Positions 10,086-21,091 of a stretch of DNA of 64,000 nucleotides are shown in pieces. Origin of the DNA: a virus (lineage: Duplodnaviria > Caudoviricetes); the IMG/VR virus record IMGVR_UViG_3300031993_000033, positions 40,705-104,704 of that record. The stretch is one strand, 5' to 3'. How positions within the stretch are numbered: position 1 is the stretch's first letter; each line of letters begins with the position of its first letter. A program made the position numbers and the translations under genes. The notes under the pieces are model-generated. The model was not told where the DNA came from, made no database searches, and saw only the letters and a program-made list of their open reading frames with translations.

Positions 10086-10493
10086 CGATAGAACTAATAT
10101 TCTATGAGGTGATGATATGGACGTAAAGATTACTGAACGTGGCTGGGCTGGGCATTTTTGTTGTAGTAAGTCTTGCTTGTTTAGACGTAATACATTGTTG
10201 GAGTATGGCGATAAAAAGTGGATTGTGTCTACTGTTGGCAATATGATTGACACACTTACTGGTAAATTAACAACCGTAGGATATGAAAGATGGTACGAAA
10301 CTATGGCGTTTGAAGCAACAGAAAGTGATGGATATATCGAAGCCGATGTTAGTAAGGATATATACTTTAATTCCGAGTGCGGACTATATGCTAAAACAGC
10401 AAGAGAACTGCATGAAAAATATCCTTGTGTAGATAACGTTGCTAATGATATGCACGAGGCTGTTGTGTCTGAGTTAGCTGAAAAAATTAAGGA

Positions 10494-10931
10494 GTGATAA
10501 CAATGCGCTTGTGGAGTTACCAACTTTTGCCTTATCTGCCTCGACAGCAATTATTGTCTCAATGGAGAGAGTGCTGTTGCATAGCAAAGAGCATAGCAGA
10601 AAAGGGTACGCCTAATCACATACTGGTAAATAAGATTATGGATTATTCGATAGATCACTTTGTAGAGTATTGTTACAACGTCTGCATAGAGATGGAATAT
10701 AGAGGCTACAGATGTGACTTCTCACGGCTTGACCGATACCTTGAGACAATGAACAGTGTACCACTGAGAAATGGAGAACAGATATTCCCTGATTGGCATA
10801 ATGACATTTATCTCAGAGAGTGTTTGTATAATTTGGAAGAAAAATTTAGAGCTAATGGTATTCCTGCTGACGAATGGCAGAGGATATACGATAGGTTTAA
10901 GGACTTTACACCGCTATGGGAGGGTAAATAA
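10494..10931 (+). CDS. pyrimidine dimer DNA glycosylase (DenV/Pyr_excise-like)
   Basis: MRLW..LLPYLPRQQLLSQWRECC N-terminal signature. Confidence 0.7.
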   Translation: MITMRLWSYQLLPYLPRQQLLSQWRECCCIAKSIAEKGTPNHILVNKIMDYSIDHFVEYCYNVCIEMEYRGYRCDFSRLDRYLETMNSVPLRNGEQIFPDWHNDIYLRECLYNLEEKFRANGIPADEWQRIYDRFKDFTPLWEGK

Positions 10932-13900
10932 TGTATCAGCAAGTCAAGGAACTCCGAGCCTGTATAGATAAAATGTACGATGCTGCTATGAGGCAGGACG
11001 ATGAGCGTAGAAAAGAGATTGAAACGCTCAAAGCCTATCTTAGTTTTGCGTTGAGTGCATTTGAAAGCATTAGGAGTTGTAAGTATGCTCCATGTGGATT
11101 TTGCAAGCATCGCAACGAAGATGACACTCCGTTTTGTGGTGAAGGTCATAAATGGGAATGGGAATACGCAGAAGAAGTCAAGAAGTTATTGGCTGAATAA
11201 AAGGAGTGATAATATGATTGACGGATTTACGATGTATTATAACAGTGGTGAACGGTGTGAAAACAGCAAGACGAAGTACGAAGAACTATGTGAGCAAATG
11301 AGAATTTTACAAAATAACTTAGATTCCGAAGATGCACATGGCAAAGCAGATGATATTCTGTGTGAAGCTCTTAAAATGTTTGGCTGTAATGAACTTGTTG
11401 AGCTTTATGAACAAATTGAAAAATGGTATTCATGATAAAAGGAGGATTTAAAATGGGTTATGAGCATGAAGAAAAATATATCGAAAAAGTAAAAGAAATA
11501 CAGAGTATGCAAGATGCTGAAAAGTATAGATTATATATGCAATGGTGTAATGAATGTCCGAAAGCTCATGACTTTACCTGTTCAGGAGCAGATGCTAAAA
11601 AATGTGAACAAGAAAAGCAAAAGTTACTGGCTAAATGAAAGGGGAGTTTTATTATGAGTGACTACTGCCACAAAAAAGTCATAAGAATGAAAATATCAGA
11701 AGAAGAAGCCTGTGAGATATTTGGTGTTGATGACGGTTGGGGTATATCAGACTTGCTTGAGAAAACAGAGTTTGAAATCGCTCCTACATCCGATTTCTTT
11801 ATTGACTATGTTCTATTTTCCAGAAATGATGCTGAAGGTGATTGGGGCAGAACAAGACGGTTAGGCAATGCTGAGTATTTAAAGTATGGTAGCAAGTTTA
11901 GAAAACTTCTTAAACGCAGAATCGTTATGCCTAATGAACTAAGACTTGTCGAATACTGTTGGTATGATTGCAGCGAAGCCCCAGATTATTTTGACGAGCC
12001 GACTGATCACGATGACTTTTACGATGAGGTGTAAACTATGAAACGAGTTTGTCCTTATGATGAGATCACGCCTATGAGTCTTACGGGTTGTCACCAGTGT
12101 GGTTTTAGACTGATTTGCTCGGAATACGAAAAGGCTCTTAGATATATGTACAGTTATATTCGTATGGGCAACTCAGCAAGGATATGTGGTAAACGGATAA
12201 TGGCAGAAGATTTGAGAGACATTTATAGAAATAAGTTAGAAATGATTAGTAATAGCTTTTGGCGATGGACTTCTAATGAAGAATTGCTGAAAGATATTGC
12301 CGTACATGAGGTGAGATATTTATGAGAGTAAATGTTAAAAACTATATGTATAGATGGTTTGATGATATGTTGATTTTGCAGACCGAGGATGACAACGTTC
12401 TCTATATTTATTGCCCAAGTGAGTGCATATATAATGATGGGATTTCACGTTATTATTGTTACAAAGAAAATCTTCAAGCAAGAGAGTTGTTGGAAATTGA
12501 TTATGTAGATTATCATACGGAATCAGACTCAGATATTTCTTGTGACGGAATTGCTCACTTTATTCAGTATAGGAATAATAAGAAAATCATTATGCGTGGA
12601 TATAGATGTTGTAAACATAGAAAACTTCCAGATGATATTCTTAATAAAGCTGGTGGATATTGGTATCACCGAAATGATAATGAAACAGTTGAAAATGATA
12701 AAAAGAAGCGTCAGTGGTCAGATTTTATATCTGTTATAAGTGATGCAATAAAATGAAAGTCTTGTTTTATTAAGGAGGTTTATTGTGGATTACGACACGA
12801 TTTACAATGGCACAACAATAGATGGTGTTAAAGCCATTACAGATGCTTTAGAACTATCAGCATATGAACATAAAAAATTAGAAAGGCATCAGAAACTAAG
12901 TCAGCTTGCAGATGAAGATGTAGCTTATACAATCAGAAAGAACGTCAATTATTTATGGGTTGATTATTACTTTGATGATGCAAAAGAATGGCTTGATATA
13001 AGAACTCAAAAATACGATAAGCGTAAAAAGTATAAGGAAAAAGATGCGTATGAATACCTTGTAAATGAAATCAAAGAAATTTTTCAAGTTGATACTTGCG
13101 AGATAATTAGAATGTGCTATGAAGGATATGAACAGTATTCCAGATGGATAGAATTTACAACCGATAGTGATTATATATTTCATATGACTATCCCAGTTGT
13201 GAAAAGAATCACGCCTAAACTTATGTCTTATGTTTATTATGGCAAGGTTACAATTGGATATTATGTAGGCGAAAATTATAGAAGAATATGTGGGGCTTCT
13301 TATAATACAACAGAATTAAAACCAATTATGGATGAAATTCTAACATCTGAAGAATACAAAAAGCATTTGTCAAAGATGAAAGAATAATTTTATCGGTAAA
13401 ATAACGACGTAGAATAGCCAAAAAGTGGCTCTAAAAATTACATGAAATTTCACTTTTATGAGGAGGATGAAGATGAGTGAACTCACATTGGACGAAGCCA
13501 TAAAGCATTGCCTTGAAGTGGCGGAGCAGAATGAAATAGATTCAATAACGTACAAGAACTGCAAAGAAATCAAGACCAATATGTATGAAAAGCTACTCGC
13601 AGAAAAAGTGGAGAATGACTGCTTAGAGTGTGCCGCAGACCATAGACAGCTTGCAGAGTGGCTTAATGAGCTTAAAGAAGCAAGAAAGCTATTGACCGCC
13701 ACAAAGTACAGGGTGAAGCATGAAGAATGGGATATGCACGGAGAGCATTACATAGGCGATTATGCGTTATGTCCTAACTGCAATAAATGTTTTACAAATA
13801 TCTATAACGGCAAAGCAGCTCCAGTTGTTACATTCTGCCCTGACTGCGGTCAGAAGATAGACTGGAATGAATAAAACGTGTCTTAGACGGCAAAGACGAA

Positions 13901-16656
13901 TTTGAAACAAAGGAGAAATGAAAATGGCTGAAAGTTGGAATGATATATTTGGTGGACAATTTGCCAAACCAGATGTTAAACATGATAAACTAATTGCAAA
14001 AGCAGTTGAGTGTTACACCGAAAAGCTTGAAGAAGAAAATAAGGTGTTGAAAGATATTATAAGGCAGATAGATGATGCTTTTATGTCCTTTAACGGTAAG
14101 AGCAAGTCTACTGATGATATAATTAATGAGATTATTGATATTCTGAAAGTTTATAGAGATGCGTTTAGGGAGGAAGCACCATGAAAGAGTACTTAGAGCT
14201 TGAAAGGGTGCTTGATGATAGTCATATCATCACAGTACAAACAAGGGACTATGGCAGTTTAGAGGTTGTGCCTGTTGAATACCTTGCAAATTTACCAACC
14301 GTAGAACTACAAACCATAAAAGATGTAGTTGTACCAAAACTTGAAAAACATAACATAAAACGTGGTTATCCTGATATGACCGAGGGAGAAGTAGCTGCTT
14401 ATATATTAGGATTCAACGAGCATGAGAAGCTTAATATGGGGCATTGCTATATTGATAATGAGGGGTACGAAAGATGTTCTGTATGTAATGAGCATGAAAC
14501 AGGTATGAGATATGCCTCATTCTGCCCGAGATGCGGCGTCAAGCTGAAACACTGAAACAAGGAGAACTAACAATGACGCTTGAACAAACTATAAACGATT
14601 GTGAAAGACTTGCAGATCAGCAAGAAGCAATAATTAAAAATATTAAAAATAATTTGGCGGGTACTCCAATTAAAGAGTATATAGATGAGTGTTCTGAGTG
14701 TTCTGCTTATTCTAGGCAGATTGCAGAATGGCTTACGGAACTTAAAGAGTGGAAGGCAAATCCGTTTAGCCTGATTAAAACAGAGTGCAAAAATAATTAC
14801 TACTGTAATAAGTGTGCTTTTCTCGACCATTGTCCATTTTCAAACGGGAACAGAGTTGCGGCAGAACACCCGATGGACTGGGTTGTATATTAAAGTTGCA
14901 TTTTATTGGAGGTGAACAATGAATGACCAATGATAAACTTGATAAGGCTATTGCTACAAGAAAGAAAATGTCAGAGTACGATGATATAATTAAAATGCTC
15001 AATGACAATCAGTACGACCATTTTAACATACATGGAGTGTGTAGCGATGGTGTGAGCGACTACATAGACCTTTTGCCTGATGATTGTTTAAAGGCTGTAA
15101 AACAATGGTATATAGACGAGTGGATAAAGTTAAAGGAAGAATTTGAAAAGATATGAAAGCTACATTTTATCGGAGGTGAACCATGAGAGACATAAACAGA
15201 CTTGATAAGTTCTACGACGAGCTTAAAGAGATACATAAGAAGAACTTTCCTGATTGGCGTTTCGGTCAGATGATAGTCAATGTGTTGGCTGATTGGCAAG
15301 CTAAGACCAAGAGAGATATTTTCTTTCCCGAAGAAGATGAGATGATACAGATATTCAGGGATTATGTAAACAAAACTTGAAACCTACGTTTTATTGGAGG
15401 TGAACACATGAGTAATCTTGAACATCTAATTGAGAATACGCTGGTAGCTATGGAAGATAATACGTTGTGCTACGAAGATATTTGTAAGCGCATTAAGAAC
15501 GATGTTAACTTTCCCTACACTTCATTGTCAGCAGATGATGTGTTAGAGATATGCACATATTTTCTGTATACATGGTGTGGAACTTGCGAAAAGTGCAATA
15601 GGAGATGATAAGAGATGACAATTAATATTCAAGAACTGCTTGACAAAGGCTATAAAGAGTTCCCACCAACAAGGTTTGATACTGCGGATAAATGCTTTCA
15701 GAAGCGGTTTACGACAGAGAATGGTGATACGCTGTATTTTATCAACGTTAATATGTATTACTCTTGGGGTTCAGTTCCAGAGAATTTTGAAGTTGAAACG
15801 CAGCTCTATCAGAAAGGAACGCATGAGCCTGTAAATCTGAAGTTCTTCTGTGATTGGACTTTGGCAGATGTCGAGGATTATGTGCAACGAATTTACGAAG
15901 TGGGGTTTGAGCCGTATGAAGAATCGTGATTGGTTAAACAATATGGCACTTATTGATATGCTAAATATAATTAACGAGCGATTTGATGGATGTTTTGTTT
16001 ATAGAATGGAAGAACAAGATTTTAATTCCATAGACGGGCGTTGTGAGAAATATAATTGGGACTGTTACAAATGCATCGCAGCGTGGTTAAACGAGGAGAA
16101 TTAATATGACCACATATGAATTATTCAGAACACAAGACAGAGGATTTTTTGAGCCTGTAAATATGATTGATGTCAAGGAAGTCATTGCCAACAATCCTAA
16201 CGGAATGTGCCTGTGGGTTCAAACGCCCGATTACTATATGGAAGTTGACTGCCCTGATAGGTATAACATGAACGCAAGGTTTGATGTTGAGGGCAAGATG
16301 TTGGTCAACAAGCTGTTTCCTTATAGCTTTACAGGCTTCATGGACGCTTGCAATTGGTTTGATGAGCAAAGAGCTACTTACCGCTTCGCTGAACTTATAG
16401 GGAGGAAGAAACCGTGGACATCAGACAGCAGATAGTCGAGCTTTGCAAGGAGCGCATAGCCGCCGCTAAAGACAAAAAGGAACTGCGGTTGTACCTATAT
16501 GATATAATCGCGGCTCTTAATGGCGGCGAGAGAAATCCGCTGAAGATAACCAATAAGGCAGTCGCAGAGAATATCCTGTACACTATCCGGCAGTATGGGA
16601 CTGAGGAACAGGCGAGGAAAGCGACTGAGATAAACAATGTTTGGCAAAATCTGTGA
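10931..16656 (+). CDS. array of about 18 small accessory hypothetical ORFs, several Cys-rich or Zn-ribbon
   Basis: tightly packed ORFs with RBSs; CxxC pairs in 13458-13874, 14181-14555, 14573-14893; many bounded by palindromic sites. Confidence 0.6.
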
Positions 16657-16693
16657 AAACAGTTTGCATATACTATTAGAAAGGAAGTAAACT

Positions 16694-17416
16694 ATGTCAG
16701 AAACAAAGAAGAAGTCGGTGTTTGAAACGCTGGCGAGCATCGACACAACAAATGATGTGGTGTCTAAGGGCGACGGTAAGTATTCTGTTACTTATGTTCC
16801 GTGGGCGCGTTCAATCGAAAAACTGCGTATGTATTATCCTGATGCCATTATTGAGGAGTGTACTTTTAAGACTCAGAAGTTAGTCTCGGTGCTTGCCTCT
16901 AAAACAGCAGAAGGGGAGACATACCATAGTGAGCTTGTCGAGGTTGAACTTCCCTACGGCACAGACGGTAATACCTGTTGGGTTAAGACCTGCGTTAAGA
17001 TACCGTCACAGGGCATTGAGGAATACTGCACCCTGCCTATAATGGACAACCGCAATCAGGCTGTTCCTGCGGCAAACGTAAAGAGCACAGACGTAAACAA
17101 GGCTCTCAGGCGTTGCGTGGCAAAGAATATAGCGTACCTCGGATATGGCTTATCATCATGGTTAAAGGATGACTACACTGATCTTGCAAAGGATAAGAAG
17201 GTGTTGGACGGACTTGACAGACAGGACGCTATTGGCAAGTTTAAGGCTAAGATTAAGGACGGCTATGACCGCGATAAGCTGGCTGCTTGGTTACAGGCAA
17301 ACTTTGGCGGTTGCAAGAACCCGATGAATCTGAGCGATGAGCTTCTTGAAAGGCTTAACGAGGAGCTTGACAAACTGGACATTAAGGACTTTCAGTCCGA
17401 GAAGAAATCTAAGTAA
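16694..17416 (+). CDS. Sak-like single-strand annealing protein (DUF1071/Rad52-like)
   Basis: YVPWA, LPIMDNRN, DVNKALRRCVAKNIA..G.GL motifs; upstream of SSB. Confidence 0.8.
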   Translation: MSETKKKSVFETLASIDTTNDVVSKGDGKYSVTYVPWARSIEKLRMYYPDAIIEECTFKTQKLVSVLASKTAEGETYHSELVEVELPYGTDGNTCWVKTCVKIPSQGIEEYCTLPIMDNRNQAVPAANVKSTDVNKALRRCVAKNIAYLGYGLSSWLKDDYTDLAKDKKVLDGLDRQDAIGKFKAKIKDGYDRDKLAAWLQANFGGCKNPMNLSDELLERLNEELDKLDIKDFQSEKKSK

Positions 17417-17433
17417 TGGAGGTTATTTAAGTA

Positions 17434-17838
17434 ATGAATAAGGTAATTCTTATAGGCAGAATCTCAAGCGATATTGACGTAAGACAGACTCAGGGTGGCA
17501 CTTCCACGGCTACATTTAACATTGCTGTGGATAGAAATATAGGGGCTGGCAAGGATAAGGCAACCGACTTTATCCGTTGCGTAGCTTGGGGCAAGACAAG
17601 CGAATTTCTGGCTAAATATTTCAGCAAGGGCAAGCAGATAGCTCTTGAGGGCAATATCAAAACCGGCTCTTACGAGAAGGACGGCACTAAGCATTTCACA
17701 ACTGATGTGTGGGTAGACAAGGTGGAGTTTGTCGGCTCTAAGGGCGACGGTGGTGCTAAGACTGAGACACAGGCAGCTCCGGCAAAGGCTGAGACACCTG
17801 CCGAAACAGAGACAGCTTCAGAAGATATTCCTTTCTAA
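17434..17838 (+). CDS. ssb: single-stranded DNA-binding protein
   Basis: MNKVILIGR start, OB-fold motifs, acidic DIPF tail. Confidence 0.95.
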   Translation: MNKVILIGRISSDIDVRQTQGGTSTATFNIAVDRNIGAGKDKATDFIRCVAWGKTSEFLAKYFSKGKQIALEGNIKTGSYEKDGTKHFTTDVWVDKVEFVGSKGDGGAKTETQAAPAKAETPAETETASEDIPF

Positions 17839-17844
17839 TGGTAA

Positions 17845-17862
17845 AGCCGCCCTTCGGGGCGG
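17845..17862 (+). terminator. GC-rich hairpin after ssb
   Basis: GCCGCCC-TTCG-GGGCGGC; no T-tract. Confidence 0.45.
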
Positions 17863-17891
17863 CAAGCCTATAATATAAAAGGAGTGGTAAG

Positions 17892-18629
17892 GTGGACTTA
17901 ACTAAAAAAGAGTGGTCGTATAGCTCTCTCAAACTCTACGAGACTTGTCCGTGGGCGTTCTATCTGAAATATGTTGAGGATATAACTGAGGGCGATAATG
18001 CCTTTGCACAACACGGTTCACTGGCTCACAGCATTTTAGAACGCTGGGCGAAGGGTGAGCTTTACGAGTTTGAGCTTGCGGACACATTTGAACAAGAATA
18101 TGATATGTGGGTGACTGAGAAGTTCCCATATTTTAATATGTATAAGGCTTTCTACGACAAGACTCTTGCATACTTCCAGAATTTTGACGGCATTGCCGGT
18201 GAGATAATCGGGGTAGAGCAAGAGCTGAAAGCTGTGATAGGTGGGCATAAGTTTATCGGATTTGCGGACTTAATAGTGCGTGACGAGAACGGAATTGTGC
18301 TCATAGATTACAAGTCGCACGGTGCTTGGAAGTCCAAGAAGGAACGTGCCGACTATATGCGCCAGCTTTATCTGTACGCTTACCGCATAAAGGAAATGTA
18401 CGGCGAGTTTCCGTATAAGTTAGTATTCAATAAGTTCCGGTGCGATGAGCCGTGGGACGAGGAGCTGTTCAAAGAGGGCGACTACACGGCGGCGATAGAC
18501 TGGTTCAAGGTTGGCGTTGATACAATACTGGCTACGACTGACTGGGAGTGCAAGGTTGATAAGTTTTACTGTGAGAGCCTTTGCAGACTGAATTGCGTTT
18601 ATAGTGGGGTGGATGAAGATGATAGATAA
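17892..18629 (+). CDS. PD-(D/E)XK exonuclease (Cas4/RecB-like)
   Basis: SYS...CP, G...H..LE, GFADL, IDYKS, QL.LY, C-terminal Cys cluster. Confidence 0.85.
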   Translation: MDLTKKEWSYSSLKLYETCPWAFYLKYVEDITEGDNAFAQHGSLAHSILERWAKGELYEFELADTFEQEYDMWVTEKFPYFNMYKAFYDKTLAYFQNFDGIAGEIIGVEQELKAVIGGHKFIGFADLIVRDENGIVLIDYKSHGAWKSKKERADYMRQLYLYAYRIKEMYGEFPYKLVFNKFRCDEPWDEELFKEGDYTAAIDWFKVGVDTILATTDWECKVDKFYCESLCRLNCVYSGVDEDDR

Positions 18630-20499
18630 GGAACTTATAGCGGAGGCAAAAGAGAAAATAGGCATAAATGCCGCCGATATAATGGCTGATGTTCTTTCTC
18701 TTGAGCAGTATGACAGCAAGAATAAAAAAGCATTGTGCTGTTGGCACAGCGAGAAAACTCCGAGTCTGATTTTTGACCAAAAGAGACTGAGGTTTCATTG
18801 TTTTTCTTGCGGCAAGAGCGTTGATCTCCTCGATTCCTATATACAAGGCAAAGGAATGACGTTCAACGAAGCTGCTACAAAGGTCTTTGAGCTTGCCGGT
18901 ATGGATATACCAATGCCGGAGGTCGGCGTAAAAAAGGATAAGACTTATCGCTATCCTACCCTTACTCACGCTGATATGACACCCGCTTACGAATATCTGG
19001 CAAAGCGTGGCATCAGCAAGGCTGTTGTTGACTATGCCGGACTTTCATGTGACGGTAACGGCAATATTGAGTTTCCATTCATTGACAGCAATGACGTTCT
19101 CAAGACGGTCAAGCTCCGTCCTGCCCATAAAGTAGAAAAGGGCAAAGGTGCAAAATGTTGGGTTCAAAAAGATACTGACCACGAAAGCGTTCTGTTTTTA
19201 CAGCATCTTGCCAATCCGTCAGAGCCTTTATTGATAACAGAGGGGGCTATTGACTGTCTCGCTGCTATTGAGTCTGGCTACAAGAACTCAGTCAGCATTC
19301 CTTTTGGGTGTGCCGATATGTCTTGGATAGACGCTCAGTGGGACTTCCTTGAACAGTTTGACACCATAGTAGTGGCTGGCGATAACGATGCCGCAGGTCG
19401 CAAATTCAATAAGGCTGTTGTGGCGAGATTGGGACAATGGCGATGCCGCGCGGTTCAATACCCAACTTCATTCAAGAAGCCTGATGGCACAGAGATTAAA
19501 GTCTCAGACACCAACGAAGTTATGTATTGGTACGGCAAAGAAAAGGTGCTGGAATGTGTTTTAGAGGCAATAAATGCGCCTATCCCTACCGTCGTAGACT
19601 TCTCCAACGTCAGAGATTATAACCTCGACGAAGTGGACGGTGTTACCTTTGGACTGAAAGAGCTGGATAAAGTCTTAATGCGTAATTTTTCCGGCTCTCT
19701 AACAACCGTATTTTCTAAAGCAGCGTCAGGTAAAACATCGCTCATGGGACAATTGACTGCGGAAACACTAAATGACGGCAAGTCGTTATTTATGTACTCG
19801 CAGGAACTCTCAAATCAGCTCCAAGCCAACTGGATTATGTACAGCATAGCAGGTCGTCGCAATATCAATTCTTTTATCAGCAAGGAGGGAACTCCGTATT
19901 ATCGTGTTACCCCTGCTGCCCGTAAAGAGATATTGGACTTCTACAAAGGACAGCTTTATCTCTACAAAGACGGAGAAAGCATTGACATAGACGACATTCT
20001 CAAGACTGCCGAGATATGTGTGCGCCGCTACGGTTGCTCCCTTGTGATACTTGATAACTTGACTTGCATATCCTGTAAAGGCTGTGACTCTGACCTTATG
20101 CGCCAGACAGAGATCGTCCGCAAGTGCGTAAGATTTGCCTTGACGTACAACGTGGCAGTATTCCTCGTGGCACACTCAAGAAAGACCAATGAAAGTCTCG
20201 GTATGGACGATGCCTCCGGCTCAATGAATATCGCTAATCTCTCTTGCCGTATGCTTGGTATGGAGCGCAACGCACAGGGCGGTGCTACCGTTAAGATAAT
20301 TAAGGACAGATACCTCGGCAAAAATGGAGTATCGGTTAATCTGAATTTTGACTATCCAAGCCGCAGATTTTTCACTGACGAGGACGAGTTAAATCGCGTG
20401 TATTCTTGGGATAAGGGCAACTGCTTGGCTGAGAACCCACCTGAATGCGTGGTAATGGAGCAAATAAAAGAAACGGAACAAGAAGTGTTTGGAGCGTGA
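18604..20499 (+). CDS. primase-helicase (Zn finger, TOPRIM, SF4 helicase)
   Basis: CCWH...CFSC; EGAID, DNDAAG; SKAASGKT Walker A; ILDNL; VAHSRK. Confidence 0.9.
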   Translation: MGWMKMIDKELIAEAKEKIGINAADIMADVLSLEQYDSKNKKALCCWHSEKTPSLIFDQKRLRFHCFSCGKSVDLLDSYIQGKGMTFNEAATKVFELAGMDIPMPEVGVKKDKTYRYPTLTHADMTPAYEYLAKRGISKAVVDYAGLSCDGNGNIEFPFIDSNDVLKTVKLRPAHKVEKGKGAKCWVQKDTDHESVLFLQHLANPSEPLLITEGAIDCLAAIESGYKNSVSIPFGCADMSWIDAQWDFLEQFDTIVVAGDNDAAGRKFNKAVVARLGQWRCRAVQYPTSFKKPDGTEIKVSDTNEVMYWYGKEKVLECVLEAINAPIPTVVDFSNVRDYNLDEVDGVTFGLKELDKVLMRNFSGSLTTVFSKAASGKTSLMGQLTAETLNDGKSLFMYSQELSNQLQANWIMYSIAGRRNINSFISKEGTPYYRVTPAARKEILDFYKGQLYLYKDGESIDIDDILKTAEICVRRYGCSLVILDNLTCISCKGCDSDLMRQTEIVRKCVRFALTYNVAVFLVAHSRKTNESLGMDDASGSMNIANLSCRMLGMERNAQGGATVKIIKDRYLGKNGVSVNLNFDYPSRRFFTDEDELNRVYSWDKGNCLAENPPECVVMEQIKETEQEVFGA

Positions 20500-21089
20500 T
20501 TAATATGCAGAGAAATGATGTAATTTACGGCAAGAAAACAGATGATTTACAGAAATGCTCATACGTTGAGGTCTGGCTGCGTGACGGTGATAATGGATTT
20601 GGTGTCTGTTATCACCACGCCGGTCACGGCTGTATTTGGCATTACTTGCTCAAAAATGTTGACAAGTACGATGAGGTCGTTAATACAATACTTGAGCTTA
20701 TTTGTGGTGCTGATAGTTTCACAGAGGTCTACGACATACTTGTTGACTATTTCTCGTCGGACGATATATACGAATACTTGGACGATGAGCCGGAGTATGA
20801 AGAACCGCCTATGAGGTCGGAAGAAGAAATCCGCGAATATGAGTCAGAAGCGTTTGATCGCGTGTGGCTTGTGAGAAAGCAAAATATGTTTGTCAATATG
20901 CTTGAGGGTACTGAGAGTGTGCAGGTTGACATTCTCGACGGTTGCATAAAGGCTATTGATAAGGTGTGCGAGAAGTATGGGATAGACTTCAAAGAGCCTG
21001 TAAGCGATTGGGACTACGGTTATTGGAGTGGTATACTGGCTGCGCTGAGATGGGTTATGGGTGACGAAAAGGATTTCTTAGATACATAA
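20445..21089 (+). CDS. hypothetical protein
   Basis: acidic ORF between helicase and polymerase; true start probably near 20500. Confidence 0.6.
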   Translation: MRGNGANKRNGTRSVWSVINMQRNDVIYGKKTDDLQKCSYVEVWLRDGDNGFGVCYHHAGHGCIWHYLLKNVDKYDEVVNTILELICGADSFTEVYDILVDYFSSDDIYEYLDDEPEYEEPPMRSEEEIREYESEAFDRVWLVRKQNMFVNMLEGTESVQVDILDGCIKAIDKVCEKYGIDFKEPVSDWDYGYWSGILAALRWVMGDEKDFLDT

Positions 21090-21091
21090 GG

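Noticed and set aside
16641-16674. Promoter or cre site upstream of the Sak-like gene
   Set aside because: TATACT is present but no -35 at the correct spacing; the cre match lacks the central CG
17892-18629. Cas4 as part of a CRISPR-Cas system
   Set aside because: No other cas genes or array; it sits in the standard Sak-SSB-exonuclease recombination module
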